Positions 1 through 12,863 of a DNA stretch of 64,000 nt are shown piece after piece. The position numbers were made by a program, and so were the translations under genes. The stretch's first letter is position 1, and each line of letters starts with the position of its first letter. Below the pieces are notes generated by a model. It saw only the letters and a list, made by a program, of their open reading frames with translations, was not told the DNA's origin and did no database searches. The stretch lies in contig CAXHZO010000002.1 in assembly GCA_964022095.1 (NCBI GenBank), forward strand, positions 128,001 to 192,000. Reading direction: 5' to 3'. The DNA comes from an uncultured Arcobacteraceae bacterium (GTDB lineage: Bacteria > Campylobacterota > Campylobacteria > Campylobacterales > Arcobacteraceae).

Positions 1-154
1 AAATGGTGTAGGTGGAAGAGGGTATGTTTTATCTCCATACCTTGCTTATAATTTAGTTGAAAGTATATATAATAATAAAAAACTAAAAGAAGAAATCACA
101 AGTTATAGACTTTTTAAAAGATGGGCAAAAAGGATTAAAAACAGTGATAATTAA
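1..154 (+). CDS. C-terminal fragment of an FAD-dependent oxidoreductase (DAO/MnmC-C-terminal-like), truncated by the window edge
   Basis: Frame 2 reads NGVGGRGYVLSPYLAYNLV...KNSDN* (stop 152-154), resembling the C-terminal GxGxRG motif of DAO-family enzymes. Confidence 0.6.
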   Translation, partial: NGVGGRGYVLSPYLAYNLVESIYNNKKLKEEITSYRLFKRWAKRIKNSDN

Positions 155-166
155 TTTGGAGTTTAA

Positions 167-739
167 ATGAAAAATATATTAAAGATTGTTTTTTTAGGAG
201 TTTTAGGGTTTGGATTACTTGTTTATCTAACTGCTCCTTCAAATCCAAATAAAACTAAGACTGTTTATTCTGGTAAAACTACACTTGATTCTTTTCCAAG
301 ATTTTTTGATGTAGTTTCAAAAGGTGAATATACAAAATTTCAGGATATATTCAATGGCAAAAAACAATATTTAGTTGTTTTAAATCATGATTGTCTAGCT
401 GTATTTAAAGATTTATATAAATATACAGATAAAGATATTGTTTTAGCTGCAAATATATCAAATACTCCATGGTTAATAAAAAAGCTTGCTGTTGATGGAA
501 AACTAACAGAGTTATATCAAGAGTCAAAACTACCTTTAATTAATGATAGTAAGGGTCTTATCTCTACGATTTTAAATATTGAAGACAATACTCAAAATAG
601 TTATATTGTTTATGAAATTGATGAAAATAAACAGATTAATAAACTATTTACTGGTAAAGTTAAATTAAATGCTCTTCAAGATGGTATAACAAAAGAAGAG
701 ATAAAAAAAGATTTAGATACTTTTTTATCTAAAATATAA
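167..739 (+). CDS. Hypothetical membrane-anchored/exported protein
   Basis: 190-aa ORF, GGAG RBS, hydrophobic N-terminus; no family recognised. Confidence 0.7.
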   Translation: MKNILKIVFLGVLGFGLLVYLTAPSNPNKTKTVYSGKTTLDSFPRFFDVVSKGEYTKFQDIFNGKKQYLVVLNHDCLAVFKDLYKYTDKDIVLAANISNTPWLIKKLAVDGKLTELYQESKLPLINDSKGLISTILNIEDNTQNSYIVYEIDENKQINKLFTGKVKLNALQDGITKEEIKKDLDTFLSKI

Positions 740-749
740 ATGAACTCAA

Positions 750-1028
750 TTAAGAGTTCATTTTTCCTATTGCGCAAGAAACAAAACTCTTAGCTGTTGT
801 TGTGGCTTTTTGAATACCACTTAATTCATCTGTTGTTAAAGGATATCCCAAACTTCTAAGTTTTGTTTTTAAATCTTCTATTTTTTCATCATTTATATCA
901 AGTGTGATTTTTCTAGGATTTACTTCTAAATCCACTTCAACATTGCCAAACTCTTCTTTTAGTGATGATGTTAAAGTATTTGCACATCCTCCACATTTTA
1001 CATTTAATACTTCAAATGTTTGTTTCAT
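750..1028 (-). CDS. Heavy-metal-associated (HMA/CopZ-like) domain protein
   Basis: N-terminal NVKCGGCA (CxxC) metal-binding loop, 92 aa. Confidence 0.85.
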   Translation of the reverse strand: MKQTFEVLNVKCGGCANTLTSSLKEEFGNVEVDLEVNPRKITLDINDEKIEDLKTKLRSLGYPLTTDELSGIQKATTTAKSFVSCAIGKMNS

Positions 1029-1095
1029 GATTTGACCTTTTATTTTTATTATACAGTTTTTTTGTGTAAGAAGTGTTGAGAATTTTAGGCATAAA

Positions 1096-1123
1096 AAAAG
1101 GTAAAGCTAAAGCTTTACCTTTT
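1096..1123 (-). terminator. Intrinsic terminator downstream of icd
   Basis: AAAAGGTAAAGCT-AA-AGCTTTACCTTTT hairpin with T-tract on the minus strand. Confidence 0.8.
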
Positions 1124-1141
1124 AATAATTAGAGGGATTAA

Positions 1142-3355
<2,214 letters not shown>

Positions 3356-3416
3356 TTAAAGATAGGATATAATAGCCATATTTGATTTTAAGCTTAATGA
3401 AAGTGCATAGGTTTTT

Positions 3417-3454
3417 TTATTGTGAAATTTTGTTGTTTCAAAATTTCACAATAA
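3417..3454. terminator. Perfect 16-bp inverted repeat just downstream of mltG (probable terminator or mRNA-stabilising hairpin)
   Basis: TTATTGTGAAATTTTG-ttgttt-CAAAATTTCACAATAA. Confidence 0.55.
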
Positions 3455-3455
3455 A

Positions 3456-4577
3456 TTAGTTGATATTTTTGAAAAGACTTTTAATTGATGTTGGCTTTTG
3501 CTCGCTTACATCGGTTTTCATGATTTTTTTTGCTTCTTTATCAATAGAAGTTTCAACTTTTTTTTGTTTTGTATAACTTTTTGGAACACCTCTATTTGCA
3601 TTTATACTATTTACGTGACTGTTATAGTTTGTAGAAAACTTATGAAGTCCAGTTCTATTATCTCTCACAAAGTATAGGTATTTACTTTTTACAGGGAAGA
3701 TTGCTGCTTTAATGGCATTTAAACTTACAGCACAAACAGGATTTTTTGGAAGACCTGTATATTTGTAAGTATTATAAGAAGTTTTATCCTCATCAATTCT
3801 TTTTGCTGTTACTTTTTGGTGCGAATACTTTCCATAGTTTAACGTTCCATCCATTTGAAGTTTCATTCCACGTCTTAATCTATTGTGAATAACACTTGAA
3901 ACAATTGGCATTTCATCTTCATTTGCAGCTTCTTTTTGTATTACAGATGCTAAACTTAAATAATAGTACCATTTTTTCTTATCATAGTATCCGAAAATCT
4001 TTTTGGAAAACTTTTCATATCTTTTATTTGATTGTGATAATAAATAGAAAATTAAATGATCTTCTTTCATTCCATATGGTAATGAGTATGTGTCTGCTAA
4101 TATATTTCCATCAGCTTTATATGCATATTTATCATAGATTACTTTTAGTTTTTCTTCTGATAAATTAAATTCTTTTGCTAATTGTTTTAAAAATACATAG
4201 GAAGTTTCACCTGGAATTAAAGTGATAGTTTTTAATGCAGCTTTAGATGTTGTAAGCTTATACAAAAAATCCATTTTTGTAAGTTCATTGTCTTCAATGT
4301 TGATCCAACCACTTTGAATGTAACCTAAAAATCTTAAAACTACATTATCAATAATATTCATATCATAACCATTTTTGTTTAGGTAAGATATGGTATCATT
4401 TGTAGTGCCTTTAGGAATAAATAAAACTTTTGTAGAGTTTACTGGCATAGTAATATAAAATAGTATAACAATACTACAAACAAGGATAAACTCCGTAATG
4501 CTAAAGACTACTAAACTTTTATTAGTTTTACTTTTTTTAATCTTAATATCTTCAATTTCACTACTGTTTTCAGGCAT
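3456..4577 (-). CDS. mltG: Endolytic transglycosylase MltG (YceG family)
   Basis: N-terminal TM; LASVIQKEA, VIHNRL..GMKLQMDG, YNTYKYTGLP, YLYFV motifs. Confidence 0.93.
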   Translation of the reverse strand: MPENSSEIEDIKIKKSKTNKSLVVFSITEFILVCSIVILFYITMPVNSTKVLFIPKGTTNDTISYLNKNGYDMNIIDNVVLRFLGYIQSGWINIEDNELTKMDFLYKLTTSKAALKTITLIPGETSYVFLKQLAKEFNLSEEKLKVIYDKYAYKADGNILADTYSLPYGMKEDHLIFYLLSQSNKRYEKFSKKIFGYYDKKKWYYYLSLASVIQKEAANEDEMPIVSSVIHNRLRRGMKLQMDGTLNYGKYSHQKVTAKRIDEDKTSYNTYKYTGLPKNPVCAVSLNAIKAAIFPVKSKYLYFVRDNRTGLHKFSTNYNSHVNSINANRGVPKSYTKQKKVETSIDKEAKKIMKTDVSEQKPTSIKSLFKNIN

Positions 4578-7425
4578 AAAAATAGACTCTTTCTCTTTGG
4601 GTAATTTTTCAGTTTCGCAATTTTATATAAAATTGGATAAAAAGCTTATTGTAGATGTTGAAAAAATAACTTATAAATCAAAAAAGTCACAAGCTGTTAG
4701 CTCCTTTGAGGATATAAAAAAAGATATTGAACTTTTACCAAAAATATTAAAAATCTTCGAAAGAATCAATGTTGAGCGTTTAGTTATAGATGGAAATGCT
4801 TTTACATTACAATTAAATGAGCACAATGTTTATTTAGATAATAAACTTATAAATATATCTTCTAAAATTGATATTTCATCAAACCAAGTTGTTTTAGATC
4901 TATATTCTTTATACTTAAAAGATATAAATTTACTTCTTTTAGGAAAAGTAAAAATTGATTACTTTAATGAAAAAGTAAACTATTATGGATCTTATAAAAA
5001 AGATGATTTAGCAGGTAATATTAAAGTAGATGCTACAAAAGATTTAATGAATTTTTATTTAGATTCTCAAGCTTTTAAGAGTTTAAAGTTTTTAAAACAA
5101 TATTTCAGATTAGATAATATTGCTGAATCATGGATGTATGATAATGTTCAAGGTGATATAAAATTAAAAGAGTTTTACGGAAGCTTTGATATTAAAAACA
5201 ATAAGATTTTATTTGATAGTTTAAAGGGTAATGCTACTATTGACAATGCAAAAATAAAATTTCATAAAAATGTTAATGCAATTGATACAAAAAGTATAGA
5301 TTTAAATTATGACAAAGATACTTTAACATTTACTTTAAATGAACCAAAATATAAAAACATTCCAATGACTGGAAGTAATGTTGTTATTCGTAATTTAACA
5401 AGTGAAAAAAATGGTGAAGTCGAAATTAATATAAAAGCAAAAGCTAGATTAAATAATGATGTTCATCAAATATTAAAAGCTTATAATATAAATATTCCTT
5501 TAGTTCAAAAATCTGGAACTACAAATGCTAATTTAAAATTAATTTTTCCATATTTAAGTTCAAAAAAAATGACTACAAAAGGTTCTTTTGATGTTAAAAA
5601 TGCCAATGTATTAATAAATAAATTTGAATTTTTCTCAAAAAGTGCAAAGGTACAGCTTGATGGGTCTATAGTAAATATTAAAAAAGCAAGTTTCAAACAT
5701 AAAAAAATGATTGATGCAGTTGTTGATATGAGCTTAGATGTGAAAACATTAAAAGCAAAAGGTAATACTTATATAAACTCTTTTTTCATAGCAAATGAAG
5801 ATGAAATTGTAAATGTAAAAAAATTTAGAACACCAATATCTTTTGATTTTAATGAAAAAGTAGAAATAGATTTAGATAAATTAAAAACAAATGTTTTAAT
5901 AAATGATTTAATTTATGTAGATATAAAAGATTTATCTATTTTATATCCGTATTCAAAGCTGTTAAAAGATAATTCTTTAAAAGCAGGAAATTTAAAGTTA
6001 AATATAAAAGATGAAAACAATATATCTTTTAAAGGTAATGTTTCTGGTTTAAACTATCCAATATCAAAAAACTCTAAAAATATTACAAGTTTAAGTTTAA
6101 ACGGTACTATAAAAAATAGTGGTTTTTTAATTAATTCAACAGATGGTTTAATAAAATTAGAAAAACAAAACGACAAAACTATGAATATATCCTTAAAAGA
6201 TATTGACATAAATTTAAAAGACCAATCTTCATCAAATAATCAAGTCTTCCCAAAAATAGATGTTAGTTTAAATAACTCAAAATTAATACTGCCAGATGAT
6301 ACGTATAATTTATATAAGGCAAAAGCAAAAATCAATCCAAATATAATCTACTTTGATGCGACAGTTATAGATCTTGATATCCCTTTACAAAAAAATGCAA
6401 AGAAAGTAAGTTCTTTAGATGTAAAAGGAAACTATACGAAAAAGAAAACAGAACTTTATACATACAATAATGATATTAATTTGATTATACAAAATGATGA
6501 TATTTCTATTGATTTAAATGGCTATGATATATTATACAATAGTGAAGATAGTAGCGATGAAGATAGTAAAAAAGATTTTAACTTAACAGCTAAAAATTCA
6601 ACAATTATTATGAATGATAAATATAAGTTTTTATCTGATGCTTTAGAGATAAGATTAAGAGAAAATACAAAATTTTTACACCTAAATTATAAAGATAGTG
6701 ACATTACATTTAAAGAATCAAAAGATAAAGTTATTGATATTTTTGCAAGTGATATTAAAAGTGAATTTATCAATGCAATTTTTAATAAAAAGATTCTAGA
6801 TGGTGGTAAGTTTATGTTCTTAGCTAAAGGAACAATAGATAATCTTGAAGGAAAAATAATTATTGAAAACAGTAAGGTTGAAGATTTAGCTATTTTAAAC
6901 AACCTTTTACTATTTATTCACACAAGTCCTGCATTAATAAACCCATTTTTAGCTATTCCATCTGTTGTTGGAATGGCTACAAATGGTGGCTTTGATTTAA
7001 ATGGTTATAAAATCACAAATGGAAATATAAATTTTAACTATAGTAAAAGTAAAGAAAGTCTAAAAATAAAAAAACTAGTAACAGTAGGAAACGGTATTGA
7101 TTTTGATGGTTCAGGAGATATAAATTTAAAAGATATGTCTTTAGATTCAAAGATAAAACTAATTTTCTTAAAAGATTACTCTAATATTGTTGGGTCTATT
7201 CCTATTTTAAATTATGTTGTTTTGGGTGATGATAATAGAGTGGAAACAGAAGTTGATGTTTTTGGAGCATTAAATAACCCTAAAATTACTACAAACTTAA
7301 CTAAAGATACATTTAGCGTACCTTTAAATATCGCTAAAAGAGTATTACAAAGTCCTGCAAGATTATTAGAGTTTTTAAAAGGAAAAGAAGAGAATACAAA
7401 GCCAATAAATAAGCCTAAAGAATAG
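4498..7425 (+). CDS. AsmA-like/YhdP-family (DUF3971) envelope protein
   Basis: 975 aa, N-terminal signal anchor, beta-rich body, AsmA-like C-terminus (GSIPILNYVVLG...VFGALNNPKI). Confidence 0.8.
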   Translation: MLKTTKLLLVLLFLILISSISLLFSGIKIDSFSLGNFSVSQFYIKLDKKLIVDVEKITYKSKKSQAVSSFEDIKKDIELLPKILKIFERINVERLVIDGNAFTLQLNEHNVYLDNKLINISSKIDISSNQVVLDLYSLYLKDINLLLLGKVKIDYFNEKVNYYGSYKKDDLAGNIKVDATKDLMNFYLDSQAFKSLKFLKQYFRLDNIAESWMYDNVQGDIKLKEFYGSFDIKNNKILFDSLKGNATIDNAKIKFHKNVNAIDTKSIDLNYDKDTLTFTLNEPKYKNIPMTGSNVVIRNLTSEKNGEVEINIKAKARLNNDVHQILKAYNINIPLVQKSGTTNANLKLIFPYLSSKKMTTKGSFDVKNANVLINKFEFFSKSAKVQLDGSIVNIKKASFKHKKMIDAVVDMSLDVKTLKAKGNTYINSFFIANEDEIVNVKKFRTPISFDFNEKVEIDLDKLKTNVLINDLIYVDIKDLSILYPYSKLLKDNSLKAGNLKLNIKDENNISFKGNVSGLNYPISKNSKNITSLSLNGTIKNSGFLINSTDGLIKLEKQNDKTMNISLKDIDINLKDQSSSNNQVFPKIDVSLNNSKLILPDDTYNLYKAKAKINPNIIYFDATVIDLDIPLQKNAKKVSSLDVKGNYTKKKTELYTYNNDINLIIQNDDISIDLNGYDILYNSEDSSDEDSKKDFNLTAKNSTIIMNDKYKFLSDALEIRLRENTKFLHLNYKDSDITFKESKDKVIDIFASDIKSEFINAIFNKKILDGGKFMFLAKGTIDNLEGKIIIENSKVEDLAILNNLLLFIHTSPALINPFLAIPSVVGMATNGGFDLNGYKITNGNINFNYSKSKESLKIKKLVTVGNGIDFDGSGDINLKDMSLDSKIKLIFLKDYSNIVGSIPILNYVVLGDDNRVETEVDVFGALNNPKITTNLTKDTFSVPLNIAKRVLQSPARLLEFLKGKEENTKPINKPKE

Positions 7426-7437
7426 GGCTTATTTATT
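7404..7437. terminator. Bidirectional terminator between convergent genes
   Basis: AATAAATAAGCC...GGCTTATTTATT inverted repeat. Confidence 0.65.
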
Positions 7438-8638
7438 CATTTCTTAATACATCAATAACATCAATTTTTGTAGCTTTCTTAGCTGGATAGTATGACGATA
7501 AGATTACAATTACTACTGCTCCAACTACAATTGAAATAAAATCACTCATTGCTAAGTCAAGTGGAAGTTTAGCAGTACCATAAACATCAGCTGGTAAAGA
7601 AACAATATCAAATGTATCTAAAAGCCAATATCCAAAAAATCCTAATGCAATACCTGTTAAAATACCAGAAAAACCAATAATAGTTCCAACTCGTAAGAAT
7701 ATTGTTTTAATCTCTTTTGTTGTTGCACCCATAGATAAAAGTAGGGCGATTTCTTTTCTTCTACTCATAACAGTCATTAAAAGTGATGAAATGATGTTAA
7801 GTGATGCTACTAAAATAATTAGCATTAAAACTATAAATAAGGCAGTTTTTTCCATTTTCATAGCTGCAAAGAAGTTTCCATTTTGTTGCCACCAACCAAC
7901 AACTCCAGCTCCATCATCTTTTAATGTAGCTCTTACTTTTTCAATATCACTAAATGCATCATTTGAGAAAACATGAATTCCATCATAAGTTCCCTTAGGT
8001 TTTTTAAGTAAAGTTTGTAAAGCTTCAATTGAAGTATACATATATGCTTTATCATAAGCATTTAATCCAGAAGTAAAAGAGTTTTTATATGTAAATCTTT
8101 TCATCTTAGGCATCATAGAAAAACCAGTAGGGTTTAATTCTGTAAAATATAAAGTTGCTTTAACACCACTATTTAAATATAGTTTATCAGAGATTCCTAC
8201 CCCTGTAATCATGTCATATTTATTTAGAGTTTGATTTTCTATTGCTTTTGCATATATAGAATTTATTTGAGCTTCTTTTTGAGGAATTACACCAAAAATC
8301 ATTCCTCCACTCATGGCATCACCACTTTGTACAATCGCTTGTGATGAAATAAAAGGTGAAAACTTTAAATCTTTATATTCATTTTGAAGTTTTGCCAAAA
8401 GCTCTTCATTTAATGAGTCTTTAAATTTTGGATAAATAGTTAAAGGGTAGTTCATAGTAAAAAGTTTCTTCTCAAACTCTTTTGCAGTACCATTCATAAT
8501 TGCCATTGATAAAATAAGAACCATAACACCAATACTTACCCCTAAAAATGCTAAGATAGCACTAATAGAGATAAAAGGGTTCTTTTTATCAAACTTAAGA
8601 TATTTTTTTACAATGAAGTTTACTAACTTTTTATTCAA
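7433..8638 (-). CDS. Lipoprotein-releasing ABC transporter permease (LolC/E family)
   Basis: GVSIGVMVLILSMAIMNG, ASLNIISSL, RRKEIALL, YYPAKKA motifs; TTG start; near lolA. Confidence 0.88.
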   Translation of the reverse strand: MNKKLVNFIVKKYLKFDKKNPFISISAILAFLGVSIGVMVLILSMAIMNGTAKEFEKKLFTMNYPLTIYPKFKDSLNEELLAKLQNEYKDLKFSPFISSQAIVQSGDAMSGGMIFGVIPQKEAQINSIYAKAIENQTLNKYDMITGVGISDKLYLNSGVKATLYFTELNPTGFSMMPKMKRFTYKNSFTSGLNAYDKAYMYTSIEALQTLLKKPKGTYDGIHVFSNDAFSDIEKVRATLKDDGAGVVGWWQQNGNFFAAMKMEKTALFIVLMLIILVASLNIISSLLMTVMSRRKEIALLLSMGATTKEIKTIFLRVGTIIGFSGILTGIALGFFGYWLLDTFDIVSLPADVYGTAKLPLDLAMSDFISIVVGAVVIVILSSYYPAKKATKIDVIDVLRNE

Positions 8639-8639
8639 A

Positions 8640-11258
8640 TTAGTTTCCTGATGCTAAACCTCTTTTAGGTCCACTTTTTCCACAACATTGTTTGAATTTT
8701 TTTCCACTTCCACAAGGACAAGGATCATTTCTAGCAATTTTTTTATCACTAGAAGCAACTTCTGCTTGAGCTACATTTGTAGTTACATTTTCAGTTGAGC
8801 TTTCCATCTCTTCTTTCATCTTTTCTAATGCTTCTTGCTCTTTTTTTGCATCCTCTTGACTTTGAAGTTGAATAGTAAATAGTACTTTGATAATCTCATG
8901 TTTAATGTTATTGATAAACTCAATAAACATATTATAAGACTCTTTTTTATACTCAACTAATGGATCTTTTTGGTTATAACCTCTAAGTCCAATACCTGCT
9001 TTTAATGTATCCATTGCATATAAGTGATCTCTCCATGCTTTATCTAAAATTTGTAAGTATAAAATTCTTTCAATTTCACTTTTTTGCTCACTTGCAGCAA
9101 CAGACATTTTCTGTACATACACTTCTTTTATTATGTTGATCAGTTTTTCTTCTAATTCTTCATAAGATTCACTTTGGATATCTTCTTGTGTTACAACTAA
9201 GTGTAACTCTTCTTGTAGTTTTAATTTAACAAATTCATAGTTGAAATCTTCACTTGGCATACCTTCAATTATCTCTGCATTTGCTAAAAGATTTGCAACA
9301 TAATCAGCTCTATTTTCATCAAGTTTTTCATCAATTGCATAATCAGGTTTTAAAAGGTTATTTCTAAAGTTGTATACAACTTTTCTTTGTTCATTTGCAA
9401 CATCATCATATTCAAGTAAGTGTTTTCTTGATTCAAAATGCATTGTTTCAACTTTTTTCTGTGCATTTTCAACGGCTCTTGTAACCATTTTTGATTCAAT
9501 ATGCTCACCTTCTTCAATACCAAGTCTTTCCATTATGCCTTTGATTTTATCACTACCAAAAATTCTAAGCAGGTTATCTTCTAAAGATAAATAAAATTGA
9601 GATACACCAACATCACCTTGTCTTCCGGCACGTCCTCTTAACTGATTATCAATTCTTCTTGATTCATGTCTTTCAGTTCCTATAATTGCTAAACCACCAA
9701 GATCTAAAATTTCTTGTGTTAATTTAATATCAACACCACGTCCAGCCATATTTGTAGCAATTGTTACTGCACCTTTTTGACCAGCATCTTGAATAATTTT
9801 ACCTTCTTTTTCATGTTGTTTTGCATTTAAAACTGTGTGAGGTATTTTCTTTTCACTTAATATTTTATGTAAAGCTTCAGATTTTTCAATTGATGCAGTA
9901 CCAACAAGAACTGGTTGTCCTTTTTCATGTAACTCTTTGATTTTGTCACAAACTGCATTGAACTTTTCTCTTTCACTTTTGAAAATCAAGTCATTTTTAT
10001 CATCTCTTCTTACAGGAACATTTGTTGGTATAGATACAACATCTAAGTTATAAATTTCTGCAAACTCAGTTGCTTCAGTTTGAGCAGTACCAGTCATACC
10101 TGCAAGTTTGTCATACATTCTAAAATAGTTTTGGAAAGTAATATCTGCTAATGTTTGTGATTCATCTTGGATTGCAACACCTTCTTTTGCTTCTAATGCT
10201 TGGTGTAAACCTTCACTAAATCTTCTTCCTTCACTTAATCTTCCTGTAAATTCATCAACAATGATGATCTCATTGTCTTTTACTACATAATCAACATCTT
10301 TTTCAAAAACATTATTTGCTTTTAGTGCTTGATCAAGAGAGTGAGAAAGCATTGCATTTTCTATTGAGTATAGATTATCTACACCAAATAATTTTTCTGC
10401 ATTTTCATGGCCTTGTTCAGTTAAAACTACAGATTTGTTTTTTTCATCAACATAATAATCACCAGTAGTAGTTGGCTTTTGATCTGCTTTTTTAGGTTCA
10501 ATTAATTCACCTTTTTCAAGTTGAACAGCAATTTGATGTGCTGCTACATAATTTGAATTTTTGTGGTTTGTTGGTCCTGAAATAATAAGTGGAGTTCTAG
10601 CTTCATCAATTAAAATCGAGTCAACTTCATCAACGATAACAAAACTATGATCTCTTTGAACTTTTTCTTCAATATCATAGTTCATATTATCTCTTAGATA
10701 ATCAAACCCAAACTCATTGTTTGTTCCATATGTTATATCAGATGCATATTGAGCTCTTCTTTGCTCATCATCTTTTAAATTTCCAACAATAGCACCCACA
10801 CTGTATCCTAAGAAATTATATAGAGGTTTTAATTCTTCTGCATCCCTTGAAGCTAAGTAGTCATTTACTGTAACTACATGAACACCTTTTCCTGATAAGG
10901 CATTTAACGAAACTGCTAATGATCCAACTAAAGTTTTACCTTCACCTGTTTTCATTTCAGCAATTCTTCCTTCATGTAAAACCATCGCACCAACTAATTG
11001 AACATCATATGGTCTCATATTTAAAGCTCTTTTACTAGCTTCTCTTGTGATTGCAAATGACTCATCTAAAACTTCATCTAATGATTTTTCTTCATTTTGT
11101 ACAAGTTGTTTTAATTTATTAAACTCATTTTGTAGTTCTTCATCTGATAAATTCTCATACTTACTCTCAAGCAAATTGATTGCTTGAGCTCTTTTTATAT
11201 ATTTTTTTACTTCTCTATCATTTTTCGTACCAAAAATCTTTGAAAAAACATTTAACAT
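8640..11258 (-). CDS. secA: Preprotein translocase subunit SecA
   Basis: [37 protein letters not shown]-terminal [17 protein letters not shown]. Confidence 0.99.
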   Translation of the reverse strand: MLNVFSKIFGTKNDREVKKYIKRAQAINLLESKYENLSDEELQNEFNKLKQLVQNEEKSLDEVLDESFAITREASKRALNMRPYDVQLVGAMVLHEGRIAEMKTGEGKTLVGSLAVSLNALSGKGVHVVTVNDYLASRDAEELKPLYNFLGYSVGAIVGNLKDDEQRRAQYASDITYGTNNEFGFDYLRDNMNYDIEEKVQRDHSFVIVDEVDSILIDEARTPLIISGPTNHKNSNYVAAHQIAVQLEKGELIEPKKADQKPTTTGDYYVDEKNKSVVLTEQGHENAEKLFGVDNLYSIENAMLSHSLDQALKANNVFEKDVDYVVKDNEIIIVDEFTGRLSEGRRFSEGLHQALEAKEGVAIQDESQTLADITFQNYFRMYDKLAGMTGTAQTEATEFAEIYNLDVVSIPTNVPVRRDDKNDLIFKSEREKFNAVCDKIKELHEKGQPVLVGTASIEKSEALHKILSEKKIPHTVLNAKQHEKEGKIIQDAGQKGAVTIATNMAGRGVDIKLTQEILDLGGLAIIGTERHESRRIDNQLRGRAGRQGDVGVSQFYLSLEDNLLRIFGSDKIKGIMERLGIEEGEHIESKMVTRAVENAQKKVETMHFESRKHLLEYDDVANEQRKVVYNFRNNLLKPDYAIDEKLDENRADYVANLLANAEIIEGMPSEDFNYEFVKLKLQEELHLVVTQEDIQSESYEELEEKLINIIKEVYVQKMSVAASEQKSEIERILYLQILDKAWRDHLYAMDTLKAGIGLRGYNQKDPLVEYKKESYNMFIEFINNIKHEIIKVLFTIQLQSQEDAKKEQEALEKMKEEMESSTENVTTNVAQAEVASSDKKIARNDPCPCGSGKKFKQCCGKSGPKRGLASGN

Positions 11259-11314
11259 AAAATAATTTCCTTTTCGTTATAATCGTTAGATTATATAAAA
11301 AAAAAGGTTAAAGA

Positions 11315-11842
11315 ATGTTTTATAAATTAGTGTTTGTATTTATTCTATCAATAAGTGCTGTAAATGCCGTAGAAAACATAAAAGATTTAAAAAGCTTTAA
11401 AGCAAATTTCTCACAAACAATTAAATCAACAAATGGAAATAAAATTAACTATGAAGGTGAAGTTTATATCAAAGATGATGGAAAAATATTATGGAAATAT
11501 AAAACTCCAATAATAAAAAATGTTTATATTTTAAAAGATTATGCAATTGTAGATGAACCAGAATTAGAACAAGCAATTTTCACTCAGTTACAAAATGAAA
11601 TTAATGTAATTAAACTTTTAAATAATTCAAAAAAAATAAATGAAACATCTTATGTTTCAAAAATAGATGATATAGATTATTTAATAGAATTTAAAAAAAG
11701 TAAAATAAATACTATTTCTTATAAAGATAAGCTAGACAATAATGTTGTAATAAGTTTTAACAATACAGTCGAAAATAGTGATATTAATGAGCAATTATTT
11801 AAATTTACTGCGCCTGATTATTATGACATAATCCGAAAATAA
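11315..11842 (+). CDS. lolA: Outer-membrane lipoprotein chaperone LolA
   Basis: Signal peptide; FKANFSQT, WKYKTP, DEPELEQA, FKFTAP motifs. Confidence 0.85.
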   Translation: MFYKLVFVFILSISAVNAVENIKDLKSFKANFSQTIKSTNGNKINYEGEVYIKDDGKILWKYKTPIIKNVYILKDYAIVDEPELEQAIFTQLQNEINVIKLLNNSKKINETSYVSKIDDIDYLIEFKKSKINTISYKDKLDNNVVISFNNTVENSDINEQLFKFTAPDYYDIIRK

Positions 11843-11867
11843 ATAAACTTTCGCTAAAATTCTGCCT

Positions 11868-12186
11868 TGGTAAACCTGACAATAGCTTGTTAATTCAAGA
11901 GGAAAGTCCGGGCTGCAGTGAAGTAGAGTTCCATCTAAAGGATGGCTAGGGCAACCTAAGGGATAGTGCAACAGAAAGTAGACAGCCAATTTATTGGTGA
12001 TGGTGAAACGGAGAGGTAAGAGCTCCCCAGACTTTTGAGTAATCTTAAGTGCTTTGTAAACCCAACTCGCAGCAAGAAGACCTGGTATAGAACTTCACAT
12101 TTTTGGTCTTTGCAAGATTAGCTAAGTAATTTGCTAACTAGATAAATTATTGTCTTAAAAACAGAACGCGGCTTATGGGTTTACCA
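11868..12186 (+). ncRNA. rnpB: RNase P RNA (bacterial type A)
   Basis: GAGGAAAGTCCGGGCT, AGTGCAACAGAAAG, GGTGAAACG and ACAGAACGCGGCTTA conserved segments; terminal helix TGGTAAACC/GGTTTACCA; -10 TAAAAT at 11855-11860. Confidence 0.96.
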
Positions 12187-12344
12187 ATTTAACTCTTTTT
12201 TTTAAATATCCAAAATATATCTTAATATTATTTAATTTTTCCATTTATACTTTTTATTATTTATTTTATACTTTATATTATTATATTTTAGTTATATGAG
12301 AATTTTATCAACATTATTCCTCAAAATTTTGTGATTTTATGATT

Positions 12345-12379
12345 ATTGAGTCATTTCTGAGACATTTTTATAATATAAT
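12345..12379 (+). promoter_or_regulatory. Tandem-repeat operator plus -10 element, copy 1
   Basis: ATTGAGTCATTTCTGAGACATTTTTATAATATAAT; 34/35 identical to the reverse complement of 19968-20002. Confidence 0.75.
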
Positions 12380-12463
12380 TATTAAATATAAAGATATGCT
12401 ATAGTATAACACACTAAAATATTATTAGTATTGATACTTAATAAAACATATAAAGGAGAGGTT

Positions 12464-12853
12464 ATGGAATCACAACAAGAGTTAATTTTAGACAAAAACT
12501 CTTTTCTTTTATCAGAAACTGATGAAAAGGGAATTATTCAATATGCCAATGATGAATTTTGTGAATATGCAGAGTATAAACTTGATGAATTGGTAGGCAA
12601 ACCACATAGTTTAGTAAGACATCCAGATATGCCAGCAGCTGCATTTAAAGACCTATGGGATACGGTTCAAAGTGGTAAGCCATGGAAAGGTTTTGTTAAA
12701 AATAGAACGAAAAACGATAAGTTTTATTGGGTTTTTGCAACGGTATTTCCTTTTATTTCTTGTGATGGTAGTAAAGGTTATATTTCTTGTAGAAGAATGG
12801 CTTCAAGAGAAGAAGTAATAAAATACGATGCTTTATATAAAACTATGAAGTAA
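12464..12853 (+). CDS. Stand-alone PAS-domain protein (Aer/CetB-like)
   Basis: [40 protein letters not shown] at 12464 preceded by AAGGAG (track start 12431 is probably too long). Confidence 0.9.
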   Translation: MESQQELILDKNSFLLSETDEKGIIQYANDEFCEYAEYKLDELVGKPHSLVRHPDMPAAAFKDLWDTVQSGKPWKGFVKNRTKNDKFYWVFATVFPFISCDGSKGYISCRRMASREEVIKYDALYKTMK

Positions 12854-12863
12854 AGGAATTAAA

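Noticed and set aside
1061-1080. GTGT repeat upstream of the HMA gene
   Set aside because: Too short and irregularly spaced to call an operator
3896-9594. Short ORFs 3896-4168, 5505-5696, 6687-6902, 7791-7976, 9370-9594
   Set aside because: Shadow ORFs opposite well-supported genes, with no motifs
11795-11989. 64-aa minus-strand ORF
   Set aside because: Antisense to rnpB and the end of lolA; spurious
12190-12300. AT-rich quasi-repeats (TTATACTTT...) after rnpB
   Set aside because: Low complexity with no regular repeat-spacer structure; not CRISPR or an origin I can support
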